Below, piece by piece: positions 1 through 11,869 of a stretch of 64,000 bases of DNA; position 1 is the stretch's first letter, and each line of letters begins with the position of its first letter. Below the pieces are notes generated by a model. The model worked only from the letters and a program-made list of their open reading frames with translations, did no database searches and was not told the origin of the DNA. The position numbers were made by a program, and so were the translations under genes. The stretch lies in contig OZ024742.1 of NCBI GenBank assembly GCA_964016885.1, positions 184,016,001 through 184,080,000 on the forward strand, in the 5' to 3' direction. The DNA comes from Eledone cirrhosa. Lineage: Eukaryota.

Positions 1-469
1 TGTTGTATTGTACTGTCATTACTTTCCCAGCAAATTAACTTTAAATTATACTGTGAATATTTTATTCTATAAATCAAGGGAAAATATTGGCATATCAAAG
101 ATACTAAATGTTAAACTTTTCGTGACCCTATTAAGAATGAAATACATTGTATTCCAGTTAATTAGCGAACAGTTTAGAGGAATTATCAATCAATAAAATG
201 GTAATTACACTATAACATAACAAAAGATATATAACCTATGTTATATGAATTTACTTTATACAAAAACCCATTAAAACGGTGGTGTGTGTGTGTGTGGGGG
301 GGGGGGAATCATAGAACCTAAAACACTTTGGAGGGATCTGTTCAAAAGGATTAAGCTTTGTTCTTTTTGCATTTTTGGATTTTTTTAGAGCAGTAGATCT
401 GAGAAGACAATCTGAAAGTTTATAATTCAAAGATGGACCAATAATGGATCATATATTAACATGTGAAAT

Positions 470-656
470 AATTGTTTCTACTTTAGGCACAAGGCCAGCA
501 ATTACCCAGTGCATTACTGGTACTTTATTTTATCGACCCCGTAAGGATGAAAGGCAAAGTCAACCTCGGCGGGATTTGAACTCAGATCGTAAAGGGACGT
601 AACTATGCTGGAAAGCATGGCGTCCGACCCTCCACTGATACTGCCAATCCAACGCC
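470..656 (-). mobile_element. tRNA-derived SINE, family A (young, multicopy)
   Basis: The minus strand has a Pol III A-box-like GGATTGGCAGTATC and B-box GAGTTCAAATCCC, followed by GCCTTTCATCCTTACGGGGTCGATAAAATAAAGTACCAG (resembles the MetaSINE central domain). More than 10 near-identical copies occur in the window. Confidence 0.85.
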
Positions 657-1106
657 TTTTTCATGTGAAATAACATTTATTAAAAAGATTTTCAAAGAAG
701 AAAAAAAAAGCAATGGGATTTGATACCGTTGGTTTTCATGCACATGTACCTCCCTAAATTTAATGCACAGGGAGATTCCATATGAAACTATCCGTCCGAA
801 GGGCCGACAAATATTTTCCACCTTCCAAATGATAATCAGAAAAGAATTGGGTCGACCCGATGCGCTGGTAAAAGACACTTGCTTAAGATATTACTCAGTT
901 GGATCAAATCCGAGACCTAATCATTTCGAAGTGACCTGTTTAATCATTCTGCCATGCAGCGTCTATTACTTACGAATGGGGAAATATACATATATAAGTG
1001 TGTGTGTAAGTATATACATATGTAAGTGTGTGTGTGTGTAAATATATAAGTAAGTACGGTTTCATGAGCCATCAATGGCGGCTCATCTAAATGTATATAT
1101 ATATAA

Positions 1107-1141
<35 letters not shown>

Positions 1142-1289
1142 TGTATGTATGTATGTATGTATGTATGTATGTATGTATGTATGTATGTATGTATGTATGT
1201 ATGTATGTATGCATATATACATATATATATATGTGTATATATATATTAATTCAAAATATTAACAAAAAAGAACTTCTTGTGATCAAGTA

Positions 1290-1356
1290 TATTTTATTAT
1301 ACATATTTCAGAGGTACTGAGCTAACTTCAACAGTACGTCCTCATCAGATAAAATA
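1290..1356 (-). ncRNA. Type I hammerhead ribozyme
   Basis: Minus strand: TATTTTAT-CTGATGA-[GGACGTACTG..CAGTACCTCT]-GAAA-T-ATGT-ATA/ATAAAATA. Stem I is 8 bp; cleavage triplet AUA. Confidence 0.8.
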
Positions 1357-2620
1357 AGATGATGCATGACATACCCTGACATAGTAGATGGTTAAGATTC
1401 AGTCATGGTAGTGAGTAAGATATGACAAAACTCAATATTTATATACCTTAATATTGAGACATGAAAAAACTTACATATAATACATATAATACAGAGGGTG
1501 CGTGTGAGAAAGCTTAAAAATACATAACACCAATTTACATAACTGTTAGAGATTCAAATAATTTAAATTATTGAAGAAAGAGGAAAGAAAAAAGCAAGAC
1601 AGAGAGAAAACAGATGAGGGGATAATATAGCTAGAAGAAGTATAGAGAGCAAAACAGAATTGATCAAGGAAAGAGAGACAAAGAGGAATATTTTTTATAG
1701 TGTAAACATAGGGAGGGATGAATTATATATATCTATACAGAACTATACATTTGGGCATAGCTTTGCGAAAGAGTAAACTCGAATCTTTGAATTATTGAAT
1801 TATCTAGAAGTATTCATCAATCTAAATCTTAAATATAACTGGGTGTAATTATATGAAGGTTAATTTCCAGTCCTTAGTTAATTAGTTATATATACTATCC
1901 AAACGTATCCGATTGACCGTTAACTTTCAAATCATTTAAGTTAGTTCAGAGTAATGAATTAATCAAAGTGTATAATATTTCAGGCTATAAAAGTTTATAA
2001 ATATCTGTATTAATATTAAAGTATACTATGATATTTAATTTATAAAATCATATTTTATGAAATCATATTTAAACTATTTGCAAACATGAGAAAGAAGATA
2101 TAATATTTTCATCCTCACGAAGGTAATTCCTATTAAATTTTATTATATTATATTTAATTATTTATATTATATTGAAAATAATTCACATTATATAATTTAT
2201 AAAATAATTACAGTTATCATTTTTAAAATTAAGAATAACAATTAGAATGCCTTAAAGCATCTAAAGGCCTTATAATTAAACTTAAAAAAATATATTATTA
2301 AATTAGATATATGCATTTGTCTAAATATAAACAAAGATATATTGTCTAAAGATTAAGATGATACCTATCAGTTACATATAACATAATACAATACAATAAA
2401 TAAGTTACTGATAATATTGTTAAAAATTAAGGTTTTAGATCAATTATTATAATAGGATCATGTAATACATATATACTATAAATATACAAGTCAAACTTCA
2501 TGAATCATAAGGATAAGAACCAGATTCAAAGTAAAAAATGAAGTGATTGACTGGTTTAAAAATATAGATAATAAGAAAAATCACAAATTCATCCAAATGG
2601 ACATAGCAAGCTATTATTCT

Positions 2621-2730
2621 TCCCGCCGAGGTTGACTTTGCCTTTCATCCTTACGGGGTCGATAAAATAAAGTACCAGTAATGCACTGGGTAATTGCTGG
2701 CCTTGTGCCTAAAGTAGAAACAATTATTCT
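2621..2730 (+). mobile_element. 5'-truncated family A SINE inserted in the PLE RT motif, 8-bp TSD
   Basis: ATTATTCT is duplicated at 2613-2620 and 2723-2730. Removing the insert restores the DIASYYSSITP reading frame. Confidence 0.85.
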
Positions 2731-3206
2731 TCTATTACACCTAACCTATTAAATAAGGCTTTATCTCATGCTTACAAACATACAGCTCTAACTACGGATG
2801 AAATCGATATCATATTAACCGCTAGAAGAACTCTAATTAATTTCAACAATGAGTATTGGACCCGTTCGGATAGGAATAGAAACTTTGACATTACCATGGG
2901 ATCATCGGACTCAGCGCAGGTGGGGATTTTCATCTTAAATATGGTAAATAGAAAACTACCGGAGATTACCGGTGGTTTATATAGGGACGATATTTTATTT
3001 ACGGTTGTCAAACATAGCAATACAGAACTAAATAGGGTTAAGAAAACTATAATTGAATTCTTTAAAAATGACGACCTTAAAGAAGTTCTATTTTTGTTAA
3101 TATTTTAAATTAATATTAATAACTCCGGAAAACCATATCTGTTGAGTGCTTCCAATCTATTGTAAAACTCATTCTTTGATTTATTCATTGAACCTTGTTT
3201 AACCTT

Positions 3207-3338
<132 letters not shown>

Positions 3339-3372
3339 TACAGTATATGTGTGTGTATATATACATAGAGGG

Positions 3373-3408
3373 TCTTAACGTTTCGGACGCTAGTCCTTGA
3401 TCAGAAGA
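3373..3408 (-). ncRNA. Minimal hammerhead, core-mutated copy (CUGAUCA)
   Basis: TCTT-CTGATCA-A-GGAC-TAGC-GTCC-GAAAC-GTT/AAGA. Same family at 25861-25882, 47743-47778 and 51161-51196. Confidence 0.6.
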
Positions 3409-3589
3409 AAGAATGACAAATAAGATGGATTGAGGGGACGGGCGGGATGGAATTGGAAAAAATGTCTTTAGATAAAAATATTTTTTTCCAATTCCATCCC
3501 AATTCCCAATTCCAATTATGTTGACATCTCTTGGAAAAGTGTTGGTGCTGGCGTTTTGTGTAAGATTTATTTTTTTAGAAAAGTGGATG

Positions 3590-3793
3590 ATGGAGCGCAG
3601 AGAACTGGATTCACAATCTGAGGTTGTGAGTTCGATTCCGGGACCGGGCGATGCGTTGTGTCCTTGAGCAAGACACTTTATTTCACGTTGTTCCTTCTAC
3701 CTGGAGTTGCGACCGATAGATAGTATTAGTAATTGGAAAGACCAACGGAAACATTGTTTCCTCGGTCCGATTTGACGAAAAGTCGATCGTAAA

Positions 3794-3838
<45 letters not shown>

Positions 3839-3969
3839 ACGATCGACTTTTCGTCAAATCGACCTAGGAAACAATGTTTCCGTTGGTCTTTCCAATTACT
3901 AATACTATCTATCGATCGCAACTCCAGGTAGAAGGAGCAACGTGAAATAAAGTGTCTTGCTCAAGGACA
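3590..3969. mobile_element. tRNA-derived SINE (family B) plus inverted partial copy across a (TA)n array
   Basis: B-box GAGTTCGATTCC at ~3628 and TCCTTGAGCAAGACACTTTA. 3659-3796 is an inverted repeat of 3833-3969. A related copy lies at 34118-34320. Confidence 0.75.
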
Positions 3970-3985
3970 TATATATATATATCAA

Positions 3986-4058
<73 letters not shown>

Positions 4059-4089
4059 GAAATTAAAAGATGGTTAAAAAAGTTCCATG

Positions 4090-4160
4090 TATTTTATTAT
4101 GCGCATTTCAAAAACAAATATTATCCTGGGACGATATTTGCGTTCTCATCAGATAAAATA
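4090..4160 (-). ncRNA. Type I hammerhead ribozyme in a ~300-bp fold-back element (4053-4355)
   Basis: TATTTTAT-CTGATGA-[GAACGCAAATATCGTC..GATAATATTTGTTTTT]-GAAA-TGCGC-ATA/ATAAAATA. Stem III region ATGCGCAT is palindromic. Confidence 0.85.
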
Positions 4161-4355
4161 GGGAGACATGATATGAAGCTTAAAAAAACAACACTTGTGA
4201 GCAAGGTAGTGTCTAATCGCATAATAAAATACATGGAACTTTTTTAACCATCTTTTAATTTCTTCTTATATATACTCCAGTCCAATAAACTGTTGAGTGC
4301 TACTTAACCGATATTTGCATTGCTTTATTGTGCTACAATAAAACTCACCTCCTAC

Positions 4356-4389
<34 letters not shown>

Positions 4390-4795
4390 GTATATATATT
4401 CAAGGGCGGTGCCCCAGCATGGCCTCAGCCGGATGGCTGGAATAGGTAAAAGAGTAAAAGAGATATACATATGTATATATGTGCATGTAAATATATATAT
4501 ATACATATATACATATGTATATATATACATATATATCTATATGCATACAATATACATATATGTGTATATGATGGCTGCCCCCCTCGTTATCGAGTATGGC
4601 CATTACACTATATAACATTATTAATAATTATTAATTAATGCTATCGTGCAATGCCTGTGCGGACCGGGTGTATTTAACAATGCCAGGACTGGTTGCATTT
4701 CAGCGTACTCAATAGATAATGTAGAATACATTCCAGAGTATACAAATAGTTATTCGCTTCAACACAACACACGTAAACGGCTGTCTATATTAGTT

Positions 4796-4906
4796 CCCGG
4801 ACTCGAGTTTCGGCCATACTTAATGCAGCAATAGGGTGTACTGCACCCTCTGTCTGCATATATTATGCAACAATGCATAATCGGCGCATGTGGGTTCATC
4901 AGCGGG
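4796..4906 (-). ncRNA. Type I hammerhead with large branched stem II insertion
   Basis: CCCG-CTGATGA-[~85 nt containing hairpins TTATGCA..TGCATAA and AGGGTG..CACCCT]-GAAAC-TCGA-GTC/CGGG. The base of stem II pairs imperfectly. Confidence 0.65.
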
Positions 4907-5031
4907 TATCGCCTAATCAATAACCAATCAATCGACAGAGTTCAACCCCCAGTCCATGCCGGCTATGACTATATGTGACGGCCGACACAGTAAAGTGATT
5001 AGCAACTGGAATCTAATACAACTCCGTCCCC

Positions 5032-5100
<69 letters not shown>

Positions 5101-5138
5101 GGGACGGAGTTGTATTTATCGTATAATGTATAATTTAT

Positions 5139-5210
<72 letters not shown>

Positions 5211-5466
5211 CACGATAAATTAACGGAGGCATAGGCCCTCGCTATTCCCAGTAAATAATGTGCTCAAAGGAGAAGAGAGCCTGAGCTCTTTAAAATACAA
5301 TATGTTGAAAAGGTAACACACCAGAGAGAGATATACAGTACGTTATCAATAAAACAGGGGAAAAAACCACCAGTGTATGGAATCTATAACCTATGAAAGG
5401 CAGACTATAGACACGATAATTAAAAATATAAATTAAAGCGTAAATAAATACCTCTATAACTATATA

Positions 5467-5546
5467 ACACACGTACAAATCCAAAGATATGTTTCACCAA
5501 TAATTTGTTGAAAGAAATGGGTTAGCCTCGGTTCATCAGCGTGTGT
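5467..5546 (-). ncRNA. Type I hammerhead ribozyme
   Basis: ACACACG-CTGATGA-[ACCGA..TTGGT]-GAAAC-ATATC-TTTG-GATTT-GTA/CGTGTGT. Stem I is a perfect 7 bp. Confidence 0.85.
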
Positions 5547-5708
5547 AAGGCTATACATTTCAGACAACACTAAGAGAATTTTAAAATTGACTGTTCAGCT
5601 ACACGTGGGAGAGAGAAGTCACAGCGTGTTTAAGGGCAGTGAACCAGTGGCCTCTGAGGGACGAACTGCTAGAAAGGGCAGCCCAAAGCCACTATATATA
5701 TATAATAA

Positions 5709-5851
5709 TAATTGTTTCTACTTTTGGCACAAAGTCAGCAAATACCCAGTACATTACTGGTACTTTATTTTATCGACCCCGTAAGGATAAAAGGCAAAAT
5801 TAACCTCGCGGAATTTGAACTCAGACCGTAAAGGGACGTAACTATGCTGGA
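5709..5851 (-). mobile_element. Family A SINE, truncated
   Basis: Near-identical to 470-656. Confidence 0.8.
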
Positions 5852-6069
5852 ATAATAATAATGATTTCTTATAATAATAATAATAATAATAATAATAATT
5901 AAAAAGGACGAGGTGTTAGATCTTCATTACATTTATTGAGGTGTGACGCGCGTTTCGCGATTGATCAGCTCAAAGCTGGATCTGTAACCAAAGCTCGTAT
6001 ATATATATATATATAGTTAAAGAATGAAGAGTAACATGGTTGGCTGTACAATAAGAGGCTTTATTTAAA

Positions 6070-6180
6070 GTACTGACAATTGTTTCGTTGATTAGGTGAG
6101 TCTAGAGTTCGCTCATCGCTTGAAGTTGCGTCACTCGATCTCCAATACATTATTTACTTCTGGTCAACACATGAGAGTAT
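6070..6180 (-). ncRNA. Degenerate hammerhead
   Basis: TACT-CTCATGT (core with 2 changes)-GTTGA..TCAAC-GAAAC-AATT-GTC/AGTA. A second HHR, truncated at its core, lies at 5939-5998 (GAAAC-GCGC-GTC). Confidence 0.45.
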
Positions 6181-6247
6181 GTAGATATCCACGACGCAGA
6201 GTACGCACAACCTCTAACTGGATTACCTATAACGATAACTTGTTATC

Positions 6248-6316
<69 letters not shown>

Positions 6317-7112
6317 AAGAGAGTGTGTGTGTGTGTGAGAGCGAGAAGGGGGATAGCGAGAGAGAGAGAGTGAAATCGGCGATGAGACGATCATTAAAGA
6401 AGAAAATTGATTGAAAGTATCATCGTAGTAATATTGCTGATTATTAATGCTTAGTTATATGGTAATGTTTGACACATGTAACTGCCTAAGATTATATATA
6501 CGGGCTGAGAAACCTCTGCTAAATATATATAGTATAGTCGCTCTTTAATTGTTTTATAGGGCTTCCGGCGAAGCACGTGACTTTGTTTAAATGACAGCGA
6601 CTATGAAATTCGTATATGTAATAAGATCCGATATCTGTGTAGTAGTAGTAGTAGTAGTAGGAGGAGGAGGGTGAGGAGGAGGGGGAGTGGTGATGGTGGT
6701 AGTTGAAACGTTGGAGAAGGCTGTTGGAGTTGACAGCGGGATTTTTGGATGGATAATTGTAGAATTGTTGGTGATTGTAGCCAATATGGGAGGGAGGCCG
6801 TGGGGTGCACGGTGTTAATTGCCGGTAGTAGAGCGTGTGGTGTTGATAACGAAGTGTGTGTGTGTAGGGGCATGCATATGTGTGTCCATGTGCTTGTAGG
6901 CTGTGATTGTACATTTATGTGAGTGTATGTATATGAAACAATCCAGGAACTCCGGCATTTTCAAGAGCTAGATCCGAACATTCGGATCTAGCTCTTGAAA
7001 CGGCCGAAGCTCGGCCGTCGGGGTCCTGAATTTTGTCTTATTACCCCCTCTACTACCTCAAGTATCGAGTACTCTAGTGAGTAATGGTCTAATTGGTTTT
7101 TACCGCCTCTAT

Positions 7113-7155
<43 letters not shown>

Positions 7156-7156
<1 letters not shown>

Positions 7157-8403
7157 GAGGTGTGTCAGAAAAGTTCACACTAAGAGTTTTCTCCTTCAAA
7201 GTAATCCCCCTGGAGTATGTAACTGTAATCTTAGCTCTCTGCAGCGATCACACTTTTTTCTTCATAATTTTATATACATGTCCTCTGTTTCAGGTCGTCA
7301 AGCAATGAGCACAGAGCAACGAACAAACTTGAAGTTTCTGGTACGTTTGGGGGAAAACTCCGTCAGAAGCACTGGGATTGCTGCAGCAAGTGTATGGAGA
7401 TAAGACGATGTCACGCTCACGTGTTTTTGAGTGGTGCAAGAGGTTTAAAGAAGGACGCGAGGACGTGGAAGATGACCCCAGGAGCGGAAGGCCCGCAACA
7501 ACCAGAACTGAGGTCAACGTTGAGCGCGTCAGGCAGATGGTGCGTATCGATCGTCGTCTGACTGTTCGACTGATGGCAAATGAGCTGGGCATGAATCGGA
7601 ACAGCGTCTGGAAGATTCTCACTGAAGATTTGGAAATGCGGAAAGTCTGCGCGAAGATGGTGCAAAAACTGCTGAACGATGACCAGAAGGGTCGACGCAT
7701 GCAAGTGTGCCAGGACATCCTAGAGCGTCTTGAAACCGAACCAGACTTGCTAGGGACAGTCATCACCGGTGATGAGTCATGGATCTTCGAGTACGACCCG
7801 GAAACCAAACGCCAGAGCCTTCAGTGGAAGAGTCCGTCGTCGCCAAGGCCGAAGAAAGCACGACAGTCGAAGTCCAAATCAAGGTCATGTTGATCACATT
7901 CTTCGATGTGAGGGGGGATCGTCCACTGCGAGTTCTTGGCACAGAGCAATACGATCAACCAACATGACTACAAAGAGTTACTGCAGCGTTTGCTTCGTTC
8001 AGTGCGTGAGAAGAGGCGAGAGTTGTGGCAGGACAACGTGCCTGCTGACAATGCCTTGAGCATCCGACAGTTCCTGGCCGAGAAGAACATCGCCGTGTTG
8101 GAGCAATCCCCCTACTCCTCCGACCTGGCTCCGTGTGATTTTTTCCTATTCCCCAAGCTCAAGGGGGTCATCAAGAGGACCCGTTTTGAAGACGTGGACG
8201 GCATCAAAAAGGCCGTGACGACGGAACTGCGGAGGATCCCGGAAGAATCCTTCCAGGAGTGCATGCAAGCGTGACAGAAAAGGATGGAAAAGTGCATTAG
8301 ACTCCAGGGGGATTACTTTGAAGGAGAAAACTCTTAGTGTGAATTTTGGGTTTGAAATAAATCTTTTGTGACATCAGTCCTGGAACTTTTCTGACACCCC
8401 TCG
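7156..8403 (+). mobile_element. Tc1/mariner DNA transposon with long TIRs, inserted in (TA)n
   Basis: TIR CGAGG(T/G)GTGTCAGAAAAGTTC...ACACTAAGAGTTTTCTCCTTCAAAGTAATCCCCCTGGAGT at both ends, with TA on each side. Confidence 0.95.
7305..8337 (+). pseudogene. Mariner-type DD(34)D transposase pseudogene
   Basis: HTH region (VFEWCKRFKEGREDVEDDPRSGRP), TGDESW, PYSSDLAPCDFFLF and C-terminal [11 protein letters not shown]. Frameshifts near 7350 and 7880-7915, a deletion at the second catalytic D region, and a premature stop at 8272. Confidence 0.9.
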
Positions 8404-8435
<32 letters not shown>

Positions 8436-8486
8436 CATATACATATATACATAAATATATATATGTACATATATATATATACATAT

Positions 8487-8635
<149 letters not shown>

Positions 8636-8657
8636 CACATATATATATATATTTATA

Positions 8658-8694
<37 letters not shown>

Positions 8695-8696
8695 GT

Positions 8697-8737
<41 letters not shown>

Positions 8738-8768
8738 CACATATATATATATATATATATATTTATAT

Positions 8769-8836
<68 letters not shown>

Positions 8837-8838
8837 GT

Positions 8839-8879
<41 letters not shown>

Positions 8880-8910
8880 CACACATATATATATATATAT
8901 ATATTTATAT

Positions 8911-8990
<80 letters not shown>

Positions 8991-9199
8991 GTATATATGT
9001 ATGTATGTTCTGGTTAATTTTCATTGGTTGGTCGTCGGGACTAACGAAACGTATGTACCTGGTATGGCGCCGTTGTAGTAGCTGGCCTTAATAATTATAT
9101 ATATATAAGTGTGTGTGTGTGTGTGGTATGTGTCGGTGTGTGTGCCTATAAACTATATTATTTATGTAGATATGTGTGACGTTAGTGACGGCGACGACT

Positions 9200-11765
9200 A
9201 CGTTCTATTGGTGGTGGTGGTGGTGGTGTTAGTGCAACAGCATGGTATTGGTGGTGGTGGTGGTGGTAGTGTTGGCAACAGCATGGTTGTGGTGATGTTG
9301 GCAACAGCATGATTGAGATGGTGCCGGGGGTATGGGTGGTTGCTGCTAATTGTGTTGGTGGTGTGATAACTACCGTTATATGAGGTGTTGGTGGCGTTAT
9401 ATGACAGTGGCGGGTAATGGGGGGAAGTAGGAGTATTGTTACTGAAGTTAGTGGTAATTAGTTTTGATAATGGTGGTGGTGGTGGTAGGAATGGTGGTGG
9501 TGATGGTGGTGGTGGTGGTGGTGATCGCGGTGGCAGTAGTGGTGGTGGAGGTGATGGTGGTGGTGGTGGTTATGATGATGATGGTGGTGGTGGTGGTTAT
9601 GATGATGGTGGTGATGGTGGTGGTGGTGGTAGGAATGGTGGTGGTGATGGTGGTGGTGGTGGTGGTGATCGCGGTGGCAGTAGTGGTGGTGGAGGTGATG
9701 GTGGTGGTGGTGGTTATGATGATGGTGGTGATGGTGGTGGTGGTGGTAGGAATGGTGGTGGTGATGGTGGTGGTGGTGGTGGTGATCGCGGTGGCAGTAG
9801 TGGTGGTGGAGGTGATGGTGGTGGTGGTGGTTATGATGATGATGGTGGTGGTGGTGGTGGTGGTGGTGGTGGTGGTGGTTATGATGATGGTGGTGATGGT
9901 GGTGGTGGTGGTTATGATGATGATGGTGGTGGTGGTGGTGGTGGTGGTGGTTATGATGATGATGGTGGTGGTGGTGGTGGTGGTGGTTATGATGATGGTG
10001 GTGATGGTGGTGGTGGTGGTTATGATGATGATGGTGGTGGTGGTGTTGGTGGTTATGATGATGATGGTGGTGGAAGTGGTGGTGGTGGTGGTGGTGTTGG
10101 CAGTATTGGTGGTGTGGTGGTGGTGGTGGTCGCGGTGGCAGTAGTGGTGTTGGTGGTTATGATGATGATGGTGATGGTGGTGGAAGTGGTGGTGGTGGTG
10201 GTGTTGGTGATGGCAGTAGTGGTGGTGGTGGTGGTGGTGGTGGTGGTGGTGGTGGTCGCGGTGGCAGTAGTGGTGGTGGTGGTTATGATGATGGTGGTGA
10301 TGGTGGTGGAAGTGGTGGTGGTGGTGGTGTTGGTGATGGCAGTAGTGGTGGTGGTGGTGGTGGTGGTGGTGGTGGTGGTGGTCGCGGTGGCAGTAGTGGT
10401 GGTGGTGGTTATGATGATGGTGGTGATGGTGGTGGAAGTGGTGGTGGTGGTGGTGGTGGTGGTGGTGGTGGTGTTGGTGATGGCAGTAGTGGTGGTGTGA
10501 TGGTGGTGGTGGTGGTGGTGGTCGCGGTGGCAGTAGTGGTGGTGGTGGTTATGATGATGATGGTGATGGTGGTGGTGGTGGTGTTGGTGATGGCAGTAGT
10601 GGTGGTGGTGGTGGTGGTGATCGCGGTGGCAGTAGTGGTAGTGGTGGTTATGATGATGGTGGTGATGGTGGTGGAAGTGGTGGTGGTGGTGGTGTTGGTG
10701 ATGGCAGTAGTGGTGGTGTGATGGTGGTGGTGGTGGTTATGATGATGATGGTGCTGATGGTGGTGGTGGAGGTGGTGGTCGTGGAGGTGGTGGTGGTGGT
10801 GGTGGTGGTCGGGTTATGGTTTGCCGGTGGTGCTGATAACATAGCAGGAAGAAGATTTAGGGGCGTGGGAAGGGGGTTCTCGGCAGTTATAGTGACAATG
10901 GCGATGGTGGTGGATTTTCTCATCACTTGAACTGGTGGCGGTGGCGATGTAAGCTTCGTTTTTCTCTCGGCACTTGTGCTAGTGGCGGCGGCGGCGGTGA
11001 TGGTTTTTCTTCCTCGACTCTTGTAATGGTGGCGGCGGCCGCGATGGGATTTTTCTCGGCGGTTGTAGTGACTGAGGTATTGTTGTTGGTGTTGTTGTGA
11101 CGGTGGTGCGGTGTGGTGTCAACATCATCATCGTTGTAGTAAGGGTGGTGGCAGTAATTATGGTAAATCTGTTTCTAGTGATGATGGTGGTGGTGGTGGT
11201 GGCGATGACATTTGTAGAGTCTGTGGTAGTGGTAGTAGTAGTGGTAGTGGTATTGTCGTTATTGGTGGCGGTGATGGAGGTGGTGATTAGGATGAGGGTG
11301 GGGGTGATGTTAGTGATAGTGATGATGATGGTAGTGGTGGTGGTGCTGGTGGTGCTGGTGGTGGGATAATGGTGTTGCTTGAGGTGGTGGTGGAGGGAGA
11401 AGTGGGTTGTTGAGAAGAGGTAGTGGTGTGTGTAATGGTGGGGGTGGTGGTGGTGGTGGTGGTGGTGGAATAGTGGGCTGTTGGTACAGGGAGGTATTGG
11501 TGAGGGGTATGGGAGGGGGAGTAGTGGGAAGTTGAGAAGAAGTAGTGGTGAGGGGTAATGGTGATGCTGTTGGTGGTGGGGGCGAGGTAGTGGGATGTTG
11601 ATTGAAGGAGGGGTAGGGTGGGCTTGGTGTTGCTTGAGGTGGTGTGGTGGCGGTGTAATGGGGGGAGTAGTGGGCTGTTGAGAAGAAGTAGTGGGGAGGG
11701 GTAATGCTGGTCGTAGTGGTGAGGGGGTAGTGTTGGTTGTGGTGGTGGTGGTGGTGGTGTTAATG
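9200..11765. repeat. Degenerate (GGT)n/(GAT)n trinucleotide satellite
   Basis: G-rich on + strand, with internal higher-order duplications (AGGAATGG...GATCGCGGTGGCAGTAGT units at ~9487, 9631, 9748). Confidence 0.9.
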
Positions 11766-11869
11766 GTGATATAGAAACCGCAGCAATTGCTATAAACAAT
11801 CTCATTTTATTGCGAGGATACGTACTTTTACAACTTCCCGAATCCTTTCCATTTCTATCCCGCCCACAA

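Noticed and set aside
470-656. tRNA-like A/B boxes as tRNA genes
   Set aside because: They are SINE heads followed by a shared body, with no complete cloverleaf.
9436-10500. Gly-rich GGGYDDD ORF resembling a structural protein
   Set aside because: Drifts into the poly-Val frame, lies inside a GGT satellite, and has no credible signal peptide or splice sites.
10860-11070. GC-rich ~50-bp degenerate repeat that looks exon-like
   Set aside because: Repeat units fall in different frames and there are no splice signals.
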